From the IMG/VR virus record IMGVR_UViG_3300036790_000204, positions 1-42,102 of that record: DNA of 42,102 nucleotides, one strand, 5' to 3'. Each line of letters starts with the position of its first letter. Position 1 is the stretch's first letter. A program made the position numbers and the translations under genes. The notes beneath the pieces were generated by a model that did not search any database, was not told where the DNA came from, and worked only from the letters and a program-made list of their open reading frames with translations. Source of the DNA: a virus (lineage: Duplodnaviria > Heunggongvirae > Uroviricota > Caudoviricetes). This document shows, in pieces, positions 40,695 through 42,102 of this stretch.

Positions 40695-42102
40695 GCGCCA
40701 GGCACGAGCGGACGGTCAAGGCAGCGCGGGCAGCGGGCGCGGCAGCCGGCATGCGGCACGCCAACGGCGAGCGCGTCACGGGGCCCGACCCGACGGCCGG
40801 TTCGCTGCTGGCGCGGAAGGCGGCGACGGCATGGCATCAGGGGTTCGCCGAGACGCACGGCGACGTCGGCGCCGCTACTAAGGAGGCACCAGTGCTCGAG
40901 GTCAAGGTCGGCCCGAAGGGCTGGTCCCACGGATGGGTGTACCACGGGGTACCCGGGGTCGGCGACAAGGTGCGCCACCCGTCGCACGGCGACGGCATCG
41001 TCACCGACGTGACCGACAAGCATGTCAGCGTCAGGTTCGGGTCGGGTGCCTCCCGCACATTCGAGCACTCCAAGACCGTGCCGGGCGGCAAGACAGGTTT
41101 CGTCACCCGCGGCGAGCACGAGTCGGCCATGCGGGGGGAAGGCCGGGCCGCGGCGCACGCCGCGACCGCCCGCGGGCTCGCCGCCGACGTGCGGTCGTCC
41201 CCGATCCGGTCGACTCTCATCAGCAGCCGCTCTTACGACACCCGGGAGATGGCCGCCCGGCACCTCGACCAGGCCGCGGCCCATTTCGACGCCGGCCGTG
41301 AGAGCGACGCGGTCGACGCCCTCGGCCACGCGAGCCGCGTTCTGGCCGGCCGCGCGTCCGAGGGGCGCATGGCCGCCAAGCTCGGGGACGCCGGCAGGCT
41401 CAAGCCCGCCGGGGGCGCCGACCCGACCGGCGAAATGGCCAAGGCGTTCCGCGACGAGTCCGCAGGCCACCACGAGCGCGCTGACGCCCTCCTGCGCACC
41501 GCCGCCGCGCATCCCGCCGCGGCAGCCCGCGAGGTCACCCCGACAGAGCACGGCGACAACGCCCGGAAGCTCGCCGCGGCTCTGCGCGGCACGCCCGCCG
41601 ACATACCCGTCAGCCGCGGCGCCGTGTCGCACGAGTCGGCGTCGGCCGCGCTCGAGTCGGCCGGCCGCCATTTCGACAACGGGGACGCCGAGACGGCCAG
41701 GCGGGACGTCGGCGCAGCCGGGGCGTCGATGCAGACGCACGCCGCGCTGCTCCGCACGCAGGCCGAAGGGCACGACGCGCAGGCCATGGCCACCCGGGGC
41801 GGCGCGTTCTCCGACGAGTGGAAGGGCCGCGCCGCCAGGGCGAGGGAAACCGCCGGGCAGCTCGACACGGCCGTGAACGGGGCGCGCGGCATCATGGCGG
41901 CCACCAAGCCGTCAGGCGCCCCCGCGCCCGCGGGGAAACCGCCTACGGCGGGAAACGCCAAGCTTGCCGAACACGCCGCCGGCGCCCGGAAACTCGCAAG
42001 CCAGATTCAAGGCACCACATCCGACGTCCCCACGCGCCACCCTGCCGCGGGCCGCGACCCGCTGGCCTCGGGTGTGCTCGGGCACGCAGCCGAGAGGTTT
42101 GA
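40691..42102 (+). CDS. Large VKVGPKG-motif protein with Tudor-like domain and helical repeats, truncated at window edge
   Basis: Not in the ORF track (no stop); ATG 40691 is in frame with an AGGAGG-preceded GTG at 40892; VLEVKVGPKGWSHGWVYHG..GDKVRHPSHGDGIV..VSVRF. Confidence 0.78.
   Translation, partial: MSARHERTVKAARAAGAAAGMRHANGERVTGPDPTAGSLLARKAATAWHQGFAETHGDVGAATKEAPVLEVKVGPKGWSHGWVYHGVPGVGDKVRHPSHGDGIVTDVTDKHVSVRFGSGASRTFEHSKTVPGGKTGFVTRGEHESAMRGEGRAAAHAATARGLAADVRSSPIRSTLISSRSYDTREMAARHLDQAAAHFDAGRESDAVDALGHASRVLAGRASEGRMAAKLGDAGRLKPAGGADPTGEMAKAFRDESAGHHERADALLRTAAAHPAAAAREVTPTEHGDNARKLAAALRGTPADIPVSRGAVSHESASAALESAGRHFDNGDAETARRDVGAAGASMQTHAALLRTQAEGHDAQAMATRGGAFSDEWKGRAARARETAGQLDTAVNGARGIMAATKPSGAPAPAGKPPTAGNAKLAEHAAGARKLASQIQGTTSDVPTRHPAAGRDPLASGVLGHAAERF

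Larger units (their letters stand above)
1..42102. mobile_element. Temperate actinophage or phage-plasmid segment (partial) with embedded TraB-type conjugation module
   Basis: TerL, portal-MuF, TerS-like genes, cro/repressor switch, phage replication and recombination genes; dense ATGA/GTGA-coupled operons; no host housekeeping genes. Confidence 0.93.

Noticed and set aside
1-42102. tRNA, rRNA, IS transposase, reverse transcriptase or DGR
   Set aside because: No recognisable cloverleaf, DDE, YADD or template/variable-repeat signatures by eye; tRNAscan and HMM searches were not run

Overview
High-GC actinobacterial temperate phage or phage-plasmid segment, running off both ends of the window. 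Left arm (1-13.8 kb, mostly minus strand) is an early/replication operon: Cro-like HTH, Rad52/Sak-like annealase, two DEDDh exonucleases, three HNH proteins, a C5 cytosine methyltransferase plus a deleted remnant of a second, and a replication initiator containing an 11-bp-periodic iteron array. A divergent CI-like repressor sits at about 14 kb. The centre (14.6-30.5 kb) is accessory DNA: an XRE-helical regulator with a Methyltransf_19-like gene, duplicated DUF genes, and a Streptomyces-plasmid/AICE-style transfer module (GntR Kor-like regulator, WhiB, TraB/FtsK translocase, downstream SCGCAACA octamer array resembling clt, Spd-like membrane proteins, mIHF). The right arm (30.7 kb onward, plus strand) is the packaging/head module: two TerS-like genes, TerL, a free-standing LAGLIDADG endonuclease, a portal-MuF fusion, an Ig-like IPT/TIG protein and two VKVGPKG..HGW/Tudor-like proteins. 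No integrase is seen in the window. The main candidate novel system is a virion-encoding phage that also carries TraB/clt dsDNA conjugation. Family names come from motif recognition and recall, not database searches. Several start codons were moved from the ORF track using translational-coupling overlaps and RBS evidence.
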